Part shown: piece after piece, positions 56,667-64,000 of the stretch
Layout: the number at the start of each line of letters is the position of its first letter
Position numbering within the stretch: the stretch's first letter is position 1
Assembly (NCBI GenBank): GCA_964539775.1
Contig: CAZIKE010000001.1
Span: 22,013 to 86,012 of the forward strand
Direction: 5' to 3'
DNA length: 64,000 nt
Source: an uncultured Chitinophagales bacterium
GTDB lineage: Bacteria; Bacteroidota; Ignavibacteria; UBA10030; UBA6906
Made by a program: the position numbers and the translations under genes
The notes under the pieces: generated by a model
The model's input: the letters and a program-made list of their open reading frames with translations, nothing else
Database searches by the model: none
Told to the model about the DNA's origin: nothing

Positions 56667-57335
56667 TCAGTTGGTCAACGCCCACACGACAATGTTCGTT
56701 CCGAAGCGCAGCGCTTCCTCGCGTTTCTCCGGAGGATCGTTGTGGACGTCGGGATCTGTCCAGCCATCGCTTGGGTTACTCTCATATGTGTAGTACACAA
56801 CAAGTCGCCCGTTGTAAAAAAGGCCAAAGCCCTGCGCCGGTTTCTTGTCGTGTTCGTGTGTCTTCGGCGGCCCGCTGGGGAACTCGAACTGTGCATGGTA
56901 GATGCCGTGGCTGAAGGGAAGCTCCACCAATTCCTGCGCGGGGAAAATCTTCCTGATCTCGCGCCGGAAGGCTTTGTCCATGCCATAGTCGTCGTCGGCG
57001 TACAGGAAGCCACCGTTTTGCAGGTACGTTCGAAGGCGCCGCACCTCCTGTTCGCTGAACGAAATGTTGCCATGCCCCGTCATGAAAATGAATGGATATG
57101 TGAAGAGCTGATCGCTGTTCACATCCACATACTCATACGTCGGCTCCACGATGATGCCGGTATGTTCCCTGACGAACTTGAGCAGATTTACCTCAGCGGA
57201 CTGGTCGTTGTACCAATCGCCGCCCCCGGAGTACTTGAGACGGGCAATCTTGAAGGCACTGGATACGCCGGGTGTTTGCGCAGACGCTTCTCCGCAAAGG
57301 GTGAATACAACGAAACACCATAACACCTTCTTCAT
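56667..57335 (-). CDS. DUF4159-domain secreted protein
   Basis: ATG 57335 gives the signal peptide MKKVLWCFVVFTLCGEASAQ, then FKIARLKYSGGGDWYNDQSAEVNLL..YPFIFMTGHGNISF..LRTYLQNGGFLYADD, which matches my recollection of DUF4159. Confidence 0.75.
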   Translation of the reverse strand: MKKVLWCFVVFTLCGEASAQTPGVSSAFKIARLKYSGGGDWYNDQSAEVNLLKFVREHTGIIVEPTYEYVDVNSDQLFTYPFIFMTGHGNISFSEQEVRRLRTYLQNGGFLYADDDYGMDKAFRREIRKIFPAQELVELPFSHGIYHAQFEFPSGPPKTHEHDKKPAQGFGLFYNGRLVVYYTYESNPSDGWTDPDVHNDPPEKREEALRFGTNIVVWALTN

Positions 57336-57466
57336 AGAGCTTCCTGCAAGAATGAGTGAAGCGTTCTTCGGTTCATGTCCCAAGGTATGATTCCATCGGT
57401 GAAGAGTCAACAAGCCGGCCGTAGGTGTTTCTTGCTAAACGTCTCAATTTTATGTAACTTAATGTC

Positions 57467-57495
57467 CCGTTTCGGGTGGTCGAAACGGTTTTTTT
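57467..57495 (+). terminator. intrinsic-terminator-like hairpin plus T7 tract 25 nt upstream of ffh
   Basis: CCGTTTCG (57467..57474), loop GGTGGT, CGAAACGG (57481..57488), then TTTTTTT (57489..57495). No plus-strand gene lies upstream. Confidence 0.6.
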
Positions 57496-57519
57496 CTCAT
57501 CTGTGCGTCTCAGCGGAAG

Positions 57520-58848
57520 ATGTTTGAAGATCTGAGTCAAAAATTAGAAGGCGTGCTCAAGCGCCTGAGAGGACAGGGCAGGATTTCGGAAGGAAACGTG
57601 ACTGAAACCCTGCGCGAAGTCCGCCGTGTACTGCTCGATGCCGACGTCAACTACAAGGTTGCCAAGCAGTTCATTGACGACGTACAGAAGCGCGCCGTGG
57701 GTCAGGAAGTGCTTACCAGCATCACGCCCGGACAGCTTATCATCAAGATCATTCATGACGAACTGGTAAAGCTGTTGGGAGATAAGCACACAGGACTGCG
57801 CTTTTCTCCGATGCCTCCTTCGGTAATCCTTGTTGCGGGGTTGCAGGGATCGGGCAAGACCACCTTTTGCGGAAAGTTAGCAGCACACTTGAAATCGCAG
57901 GGCCGAAGTCCGTTGCTCGTCGCTGCCGATATCCATCGTCCGGCAGCCATTGATCAGCTCATGATGCTCGGCGGTCAGATCGCGGTGCCGGTGTATGCCG
58001 ATCGTGCCGCCACCGCGGTTCAGATTGCCCGGCAGTCTCTTGACCATGCGCGGAAGAATGCACGTGACACCGTTATCCTGGACACAGCCGGGCGTTTGCA
58101 CGTGGACGAGGAGATGATGCGCGAGGTTGAAGAGATCAAGGCAGCAACCAGGCCTCATGAGATTTTATTCGTCGTTGATGCGATGACCGGACAAGATGCC
58201 GTGAACACGGCCACGGCCTTCAACGAGCGGCTCAACTTCGACGGCGCTGTCCTCACGAAAATGGACGGCGACGCGCGGGGCGGCGCGGCGCTCTCGTTGC
58301 GGGCAACGGTCGGCAAGCCAATCAAGTTTATCAGTGTGGGAGAGAGCCTCGACGCGCTGGAGAAATTCCATCCCGAGAGGCTCGCCTCGCGCATCCTCGG
58401 GATGGGCGACATCGTCACGCTTGTCGAAAAGGCGCAGCACACTTTCGATCAGGCAAAAGCAGCCAGGCTGGAAGAAAAACTTCGCAAGGCGCAATTCACA
58501 TTCGAAGACTTCCTCGATCAACTGCAGGAAGTGAAGAAGATGGGCCCGCTCAGTCAGGTCATGGGCATGCTGCCGGGCATGAACAAACTGCCCCAGGCCG
58601 CACAGATGGATGACAAGGAACTGGTGCGCATCGAAGCCATCATTCAATCCATGACGAAGCACGAGCGCGCCAACCCTAGCCTGCTCAACGGCAGCCGCCG
58701 CAAGCGGATCGCGCTCGGCAGCGGCACCACCGTGCAGGAGGTGAACAAGTTGATCAAGCAATTCGAGCAGATGCAAAAGATGATGAAGAGTTTCGGGAAG
58801 GGAGGCGGCAAGTTCAAAATGGCGCAGCGCATGAGAGCCGCGTTCTGA
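57520..58848 (+). CDS. ffh: signal recognition particle protein Ffh
   Basis: 442 aa. GLQGSGKTT, DTAGR and TKMDGDARGGAALS GTPase motifs, plus a Met-rich M domain. Confidence 0.96.
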   Translation: MFEDLSQKLEGVLKRLRGQGRISEGNVTETLREVRRVLLDADVNYKVAKQFIDDVQKRAVGQEVLTSITPGQLIIKIIHDELVKLLGDKHTGLRFSPMPPSVILVAGLQGSGKTTFCGKLAAHLKSQGRSPLLVAADIHRPAAIDQLMMLGGQIAVPVYADRAATAVQIARQSLDHARKNARDTVILDTAGRLHVDEEMMREVEEIKAATRPHEILFVVDAMTGQDAVNTATAFNERLNFDGAVLTKMDGDARGGAALSLRATVGKPIKFISVGESLDALEKFHPERLASRILGMGDIVTLVEKAQHTFDQAKAARLEEKLRKAQFTFEDFLDQLQEVKKMGPLSQVMGMLPGMNKLPQAAQMDDKELVRIEAIIQSMTKHERANPSLLNGSRRKRIALGSGTTVQEVNKLIKQFEQMQKMMKSFGKGGGKFKMAQRMRAAF

Positions 58849-58909
58849 ACCCATACCGACAGCGAGTTTTCAACGGCAACAATCAATTTCAAACTAACAG
58901 GAGGAACCC

Positions 58910-59347
58910 TTGGCAGTACGTTTACGCCTGCGACGCATCGGGAAAAAGAAAATGCCTCAGTATCATATCGTCGCAGCGGATTCGCGTGCAGCACGCAACG
59001 GGAAGTTTCTGGAAGTGGTAGGCCGTTACGAGCCGCTCCGCAATCCCTTGTTCATTGAAACAAAAGAAGATCGGTTGTTGTATTGGTTGAAAATCGGCGC
59101 GCAACCGAGCGACACACTGCGGAGCCTGCTGCAGCGCAGCGGCATGTGGCTGAAATGGAGCCTGCTGAAAAAAGGGGCGGACGAAGCAACCATCGCTCGC
59201 GAGATGGAGAAGTGGCAGATGGCGCAGGAGGAGAAACGCCGGCGCGACGAAGAGCGCAAAGCACGACGCGCAGCCGCCAAGCGGAAAGCCCGCAAAGCCG
59301 CGGGCGGCGAACCAGCCGCGCCTGCAGCAGCACCTGCCACCGCCTGA
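58910..59347 (+). CDS. rpsP: 30S ribosomal protein S16 (with basic A/K/R-rich C-terminal extension)
   Basis: TTG start after AGGAGG. MAVRLRLRRIGKKKMPQYHIVAADSRAARNGKF.. is canonical S16. Confidence 0.93.
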   Translation: MAVRLRLRRIGKKKMPQYHIVAADSRAARNGKFLEVVGRYEPLRNPLFIETKEDRLLYWLKIGAQPSDTLRSLLQRSGMWLKWSLLKKGADEATIAREMEKWQMAQEEKRRRDEERKARRAAAKRKARKAAGGEPAAPAAAPATA

Positions 59348-59468
59348 GCCGCAACGCCATCGCAACCGGCAAACGCTAAGCTCGCCACATGACGGGCGCT
59401 GCCGTAGAGTGTCAGATCTTCAGCAGCAGTGACGGATAAGATCTCACAACAATCACAAGAGGCGCGCT

Positions 59469-59699
59469 ATGCGGGAGTTTCTGACGTTCATTGCCAAGCA
59501 CCTCGTTGATAATCCCGATCAGGTGATCCTCGATCAGGAGGAGAAGGACGGCAAAGTCATCTTCAAGCTCCAGGTCGGTCAACCGGATGTCGGCAAGATT
59601 ATCGGACGGAAGGGAAGAACTGCCCAAGCACTACGAACGCTGCTTGCGGCAGTCGCGGCCAAGGAAGGGAAGCGAGCCATCCTCGAGATCGCAGATTGA
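59469..59699 (+). CDS. KH-domain RNA-binding protein (YlqC/UPF0109 family)
   Basis: 76 aa. ..VGKIIGRKGRTAQALRTLL.. is the GxxG KH motif. Conserved position between rpsP and rimM. Confidence 0.88.
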   Translation: MREFLTFIAKHLVDNPDQVILDQEEKDGKVIFKLQVGQPDVGKIIGRKGRTAQALRTLLAAVAAKEGKRAILEIAD

Positions 59700-60253
59700 T
59701 GCACGCACACCGTGAGCAGAGAGTTTTGATTGCGGTTGGAAAGGTTGTCAAACCATTCGGAATCCGAGGCGACCTTGTCATTTTTCCGATGACGGACAGC
59801 CTGGAACGCTTCAAGAAACTCGAGCGCGTGTTTGTCGGGCACACCGTGGACAGCGTTGCCGAAACGCAGGTAACGCATGTCGTTGTTGAACCAAGGGGTG
59901 TAAGGCTTCGGCTCTCAGACTTTGCCTCCCGCACCGCGGCAGAATCGCTGAGGGGCGCTCTGCTGTTTGTCGATCAAAAAGATGCCATCAAGCCGAAAAA
60001 AGGATCCTACTTCGCCCATGACCTGGTCGCGCTGAAAGTCGTGGACACGGAGGGCAATGACGTCGGAGTGGTAAGAGAGGTGATAAAATATCCGGCCCAT
60101 GACGTCTATGTCATTGAGCGCAACGGCAAGGAAATCCCTATTCCGGCGGTGAAAGAGTTCATCAAGAACATCAACCTCGAACAGCGTACGATGACGGTAA
60201 AGCTTATCGACGGCATGCTGACGGAGCCGGAGATCGTGCAAGAGAAGACATGA
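59699..60253 (+). CDS. rimM: 16S rRNA processing protein RimM
   Basis: ..IAVGKVVKPFGIRGDLVIFPMTD.. followed by a PRC-barrel-like C-terminus. ATG 59699 overlaps the KH-gene stop (the ORF track lists TTG 59696). Confidence 0.9.
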   Translation: MHAHREQRVLIAVGKVVKPFGIRGDLVIFPMTDSLERFKKLERVFVGHTVDSVAETQVTHVVVEPRGVRLRLSDFASRTAAESLRGALLFVDQKDAIKPKKGSYFAHDLVALKVVDTEGNDVGVVREVIKYPAHDVYVIERNGKEIPIPAVKEFIKNINLEQRTMTVKLIDGMLTEPEIVQEKT

Positions 60254-60966
60254 TGCGGATTGATGTTGTTACAGGATTTCCCAAACTCCTTCACAGCCCG
60301 CTGAACGAAAGCATCATCAAGCGGGCGCAGGAAAAACGACTCGTCGAGATCGCTGTACACGATCTGCGGGATTACACAACCGACAAGCACCGGACAATCG
60401 ACGACACTCCGTACGGCGGCGGGGCGGGCATGATCCTGAAGCCCGAGCCGGTGTTCGCCTGTATCGAGCAGTTGCAGAGTCAGCGCCGCTACGACGAGAT
60501 CATTTACCTGACCGCCGACGGCGAGCGGCTGACGCAAAAGCTCGCAAACGACTTGTCGCTTGCATCGAACCTGCTGTTGTTGTGCGGACACTATAAGGGC
60601 ATCGACGAACGCATACGCGAGGCGTTGGTGACGCGGGAAATTTCCATCGGCGATTACGTGCTGACGGGCGGCGAACTGCCCGCACTCGTGCTGATTGATG
60701 TGATCGTGCGGCTGATCCCCGGCGTCATCGGCGATGGGGAGTCGCTGCTGACCGACTCGTTCCAGCAGGAGTTGCTCGACGGTCCACACTATACGAAGCC
60801 GGAGGTATTTCGCGGGATGCGTGTACCGGAAGTGCTGCTCTCGGGCAACCACAAGGAGATTGCTGCATGGCGTGCCGAGCAGCGAAGAAAACGTACAGCA
60901 CAGCGAAGGAGAGATTTGCTGCAAGCCGAACCGGCAACGCAGACCGGTCAGGAAGGCACGTCGTAA
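60250..60966 (+). CDS. trmD: tRNA (guanine37-N1)-methyltransferase
   Basis: MRIDVVTGFPKLL.., ..DDTPYGGGAGMILKPEP.., ..GHYKGIDERI.., ..SIGDYVLTGGELPA.. motifs. Confidence 0.95.
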   Translation: MMRIDVVTGFPKLLHSPLNESIIKRAQEKRLVEIAVHDLRDYTTDKHRTIDDTPYGGGAGMILKPEPVFACIEQLQSQRRYDEIIYLTADGERLTQKLANDLSLASNLLLLCGHYKGIDERIREALVTREISIGDYVLTGGELPALVLIDVIVRLIPGVIGDGESLLTDSFQQELLDGPHYTKPEVFRGMRVPEVLLSGNHKEIAAWRAEQRRKRTAQRRRDLLQAEPATQTGQEGTS

Positions 60967-61032
60967 TACACGATCTGTTGTGCAGCGCGCAGGGAAAAGA
61001 AATCGAACACAACACTATCAGGAGCAGTCGTC

Positions 61033-61374
61033 ATGGAAAAACTCAAGCTTGTTGAAGCCACACAAATGAAAAGCGACATCCCGTCGTTTGCACCCGGAGA
61101 TACCGTCAACGTTCATGTGCGCGTGATCGAAGGAGACAAAGAGCGCGTCCAGCAGTTTCAGGGGGTCGTTATCGCCCGGCACGGCTCGGGGATGAACGCA
61201 ACCTTTACCGTCCGCAAAGTATCCGACGGCGTTGGCGTCGAGCGCATCTTCCCGTTGCATTCGCCCCGGATTGCCAGGATCGAGAAGGTCAAGGAAGGCT
61301 CCGTCCGCCGCGCAAAGCTGTATTACCTGCGGCGGCTCGCCAGCAAGCAGATACGCCAAAAGACATCTGCGTAG
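61033..61374 (+). CDS. rplS: 50S ribosomal protein L19
   Basis: 113 aa. ..[35 protein letters not shown].. is canonical L19. Confidence 0.95.
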   Translation: MEKLKLVEATQMKSDIPSFAPGDTVNVHVRVIEGDKERVQQFQGVVIARHGSGMNATFTVRKVSDGVGVERIFPLHSPRIARIEKVKEGSVRRAKLYYLRRLASKQIRQKTSA

Positions 61375-61419
61375 TGATACGATTGGTGACGGTGCCGCAA
61401 ACTTGAAGCACTGCACGGT

Positions 61420-62253
61420 ATGAACGAGCGTACGAACAAGGCAAAACGGCTGGGGATCCCCCCGGAACTCTGCACGCGACCACTTACCGACGCGCTGCGC
61501 GAAAACCGCACGTGGTGCCTGGTCCACGACACACGCCCAGCGCTCGCCAAACTGTTGCGCGAACGAGAGGTGCACGCAGCCCTTCTCTCTCCCCTCGACT
61601 ATGCAAAGGAAAGCTCCGACTACTGCATCGTACCAGACGCCGGGGTGACATCAACGGGCAATGGATCGGTCGTGGTGCGGTTCAGAGAAGGCGTCAAGCA
61701 GATTTCGACGCTTGCTGTGGACCCAGCCTTCGCCTCCGAAATCATCCTCACCAAAATCATTCTCGCCGAAGAGTTTAACATCAAACCGTCCATTCTCCCC
61801 ATGCACGCAACGGTGGACATTATGCTGCAGAAGGCGGACGCCGCACTGCTGACCGGCGATGTAGCTTTTCACCAGTGGGGTGTGTCGGAGAATATCATCG
61901 ACGTTGTGGAGGAGTGGAACGAGATGACCGGCCTGCCGTATGTGCATGCGTTGTGGTGCGCCTGGCAAAGCGATCTGGCGCGCAAAGATGCAGAACTGCT
62001 GCAATCTGCGCGACGCAAGGGGGTGGAAGGTATTCCCGATATCGCGATGCAATTCACTAAGGAACAGCGGCGGGGGGTTCAGGAGTTTCTCGAATCATTT
62101 GCCTATGAGTTAGCGCCCGATGCTCGTGAGGGTCTCGCCGAGTTCATGAAGTATCTGTACTACCACGGCGTCGTTGCCGATGTCGCCGATCTCAATTTCT
62201 ACGAGGCGGAACCGGAAGCCGATACGCTGCCGAAAAGCGTCTCGCCCAACTAA
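61420..62253 (+). CDS. menaquinone (futalosine pathway) biosynthesis protein, MqnA/MqnD family
   Basis: 277 aa. Periplasmic-binding-protein-like pattern with ..DAALLTGDVAF.. and ..EWNEMTGLPYVHALWCAW.., resembling MqnA (chorismate dehydratase). Subfamily not resolved. Confidence 0.55.
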   Translation: MNERTNKAKRLGIPPELCTRPLTDALRENRTWCLVHDTRPALAKLLREREVHAALLSPLDYAKESSDYCIVPDAGVTSTGNGSVVVRFREGVKQISTLAVDPAFASEIILTKIILAEEFNIKPSILPMHATVDIMLQKADAALLTGDVAFHQWGVSENIIDVVEEWNEMTGLPYVHALWCAWQSDLARKDAELLQSARRKGVEGIPDIAMQFTKEQRRGVQEFLESFAYELAPDAREGLAEFMKYLYYHGVVADVADLNFYEAEPEADTLPKSVSPN

Positions 62254-62615
62254 TTCGCTTTCTCCTGCGGTGCACGCCACTACATTTCTCGCCGCTTCCT
62301 CCACAGATGAGCTGTCCCACTATCCGGTGCCTGCCGTTGTCGTTATGAGATGAGGAGTGAGTGGATGCAGGAGTGGTTGAGGTACGCGCATAGCGAAGCC
62401 ACGCGCCGAGAGTGTCCCTTCGGCGTTAGGCGGCCGGAGGGTGCCCGGCTATGCCGAGGAAGTGCTGAACGCTGTTCAGCGAAGCACGGGAGTCCGACGT
62501 AGTCGGGACGGAGGCGTGGAACGCCCGTCTTCAGCGGCTCGTTGCTGTGTTCCAAATTGAATCTCTCGCCGAGCTTGCGTAGATTGGCTTGAGTTTCGAA
62601 CCACGCTGCTCGCGC

Positions 62616-64000
62616 ATGCTCAAATCTCTCACCATCAAAAACTATGCGTTGATCGATGAGCTGACCGTTAACTTCGCTAACGGTCTCGATATCATCACCG
62701 GTGAAACCGGGGCTGGCAAGTCCATTCTCATCGACGCGCTGAGCTTGATCCTGGGCGAGAGGGCAACGACCGAGGCGATACGCACAGGAGCCGACAAAGC
62801 CATCGTCGAAGGAACGTTCGCGGTTGGCGAAAACCGGAAACTGCAGGCGTTGCTGCAGGAACACGAGCTGGAACCATCCGACGAGGTGATCGTGCGACGA
62901 GAGGTATCCGTGAAAGGAACAAGCCGCTGTCTCGTCAACGACTCGGCCGTCACGTTGGCGCTGCTGAAGAAGATCGGCGAGCTGTTGGTGGACTTGCACG
63001 GCCAGCACGAGCATCAATCGTTGCTGCGGACGGAAACCCACATTGACATGTTGGACGAGTACGCAGGGGTAGGAGAGTTGTTGGAAGAATATCGGGCAGC
63101 GTACCGCAGACTCCGTGCCCTCTCGCAGGAAATCCAGGCCGTGCTGCAGCGCGAAGCGCAGCTGAAAGAAAAGCTCGACCTCTACGCATTCCAGATACAG
63201 GAGATCGATGCCGTTGCCCCGCAACCCGGCGAGGATGAGCAGATCGAAGCGGAACTGAAGATTTTGGAAAACTCGGAAAAACTCGTCAGCGCAACGTCGG
63301 CGTTGTACGAGATGTTGTACGACGGGGAGAATTCCGTCCACGATCTTCTGAGCAAGGCGGCAAAACAACTGGATGAGCTTGTCCGAATTGACACACGCTT
63401 CGAAGAACACCTCAATGAGTGCCGCTCCGCTGAAGCGACCGTCAACGAGCTTGCCAAGTTCGTCCGCGACTACAGCAGCAGCGTTGAGTTCAATCCCGAA
63501 CGGTTGGAAAAGTTACGCCAGCGCCTCGGTTCGCTCACGACGCTGAAGAGGAAGTACGGGGGTACGCTTGCTGCCGCCCGTACACATCGCGAGCGCATCG
63601 GCAAAGAGGTTGCGCTTGCGGAGAACTTCGACGCGACACTGCAGACGCTTACCGAGAAGCGCGAAGCGGAGCGCGCAGCGTGTGCGCAGCTTGCCCAGCA
63701 ACTCTCCACGAGGCGCCGCGAGGCAGCGCGTAAACTCGACAAGGAAATCGTCCATGAGCTGGCAACGCTCGGCATTTCCAATGCTCGGTTCGCTACGCAG
63801 ATTCGTCAGCAACCGCTCTCCACCGACGGTGCGTCGAATGACGATTTCATTATGCTGGAGAACGAGAAAGTCCGCATTCATCAGCGCGGCTGCGACGACG
63901 TGGAGTTCTTCATCTCCACCAACTTAGGCGAAGAGGTGAAGCCGCTGGCAAAGGTTGCTTCCGGCGGCGAAGTTTCCCGGATCATGCTCGCGCTCAAGAG
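62616..64000 (+). CDS. recN: DNA repair protein RecN, N-terminal ~460 codons (runs off the right edge)
   Basis: Absent from the ORF track because it has no stop in the window. ATG 62616 reads MLKSLTIKNYALIDELTVNFANGLDIITGETGAGKSILIDAL.., followed by a long coiled coil and ..KPLAKVASGGEVSRIMLALK at the window end. Confidence 0.93.
   Translation, partial: MLKSLTIKNYALIDELTVNFANGLDIITGETGAGKSILIDALSLILGERATTEAIRTGADKAIVEGTFAVGENRKLQALLQEHELEPSDEVIVRREVSVKGTSRCLVNDSAVTLALLKKIGELLVDLHGQHEHQSLLRTETHIDMLDEYAGVGELLEEYRAAYRRLRALSQEIQAVLQREAQLKEKLDLYAFQIQEIDAVAPQPGEDEQIEAELKILENSEKLVSATSALYEMLYDGENSVHDLLSKAAKQLDELVRIDTRFEEHLNECRSAEATVNELAKFVRDYSSSVEFNPERLEKLRQRLGSLTTLKRKYGGTLAAARTHRERIGKEVALAENFDATLQTLTEKREAERAACAQLAQQLSTRRREAARKLDKEIVHELATLGISNARFATQIRQQPLSTDGASNDDFIMLENEKVRIHQRGCDDVEFFISTNLGEEVKPLAKVASGGEVSRIMLALK

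Noticed and set aside
62254-62615. RNase P RNA, tmRNA or SRP RNA in the long non-coding region before recN
   Set aside because: None of the universal motifs were seen on either strand (GGAAAGUCCGG for RNase P, GGGGCUG...UCCACCA for tmRNA, the SRP helix-8 loop). The region is kept only as an unclassified structured region.
62343-63410. 355-aa minus-strand ORF
   Set aside because: It is antisense to recN, whose Walker A N-terminus (GETGAGKSIL) is unmistakable on the plus strand from 62616.

Overview
GC-rich bacterial chromosomal segment that is almost entirely coding: about 50 protein genes. By eye I found no rRNA, tRNA, CRISPR array, transposase or phage genes. The gene content (PorV/PorQ-like barrel, DUF4159 and DUF4175 proteins, TamB, many small beta-barrel OMPs, split RfaE) suggests a diderm of the FCB group, perhaps Ignavibacteria- or Kapabacteria-like. 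That lineage guess is inference only. Promoter-like boxes and Shine-Dalgarno sites look like the classical sigma70/SD type.

Housekeeping blocks:
- yggS-divIVA-pnp-DUF2905-SIMPL-ileS-dksA-like-lspA-rluD (minus strand)
- ppiD-like, aroK, split rfaE, tamB, rnr
- maeB and glgA (divergent)
- lon, dnaX
- rseP, dxr
- ffh-rpsP-KH-rimM-trmD-rplS
- an MqnA-like gene and the 5' part of recN

Best candidate for an undescribed system: a translationally coupled four-gene operon (43931 down to 37509, minus strand). It encodes a secreted Ig-like protein, a FecR-like protein, an 813-aa unclassified outer-membrane barrel, and a CHASE2 class III nucleotide cyclase with a TPR tail. It looks like a trans-envelope sensor with a cNMP output.

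Secondary points of interest:
- an all-secreted OMP/TPR/GATase1-like/OMP operon next to DUF4175 and DUF4159 genes
- an HExxH-PD40-Omp85 fusion protein
- an A9 recoding-type run in dnaX with an immediate -1 frame stop
- an apparent ATT start for RNase R
- a 171-bp AT-rich nested inverted-repeat element carrying two identical 17-bp palindromes 108 bp apart
- orphan terminator-like hairpins just upstream of ffh and lon
- a 360-bp structured non-coding region upstream of recN

All family calls come from motif recognition by eye. No searches were run.
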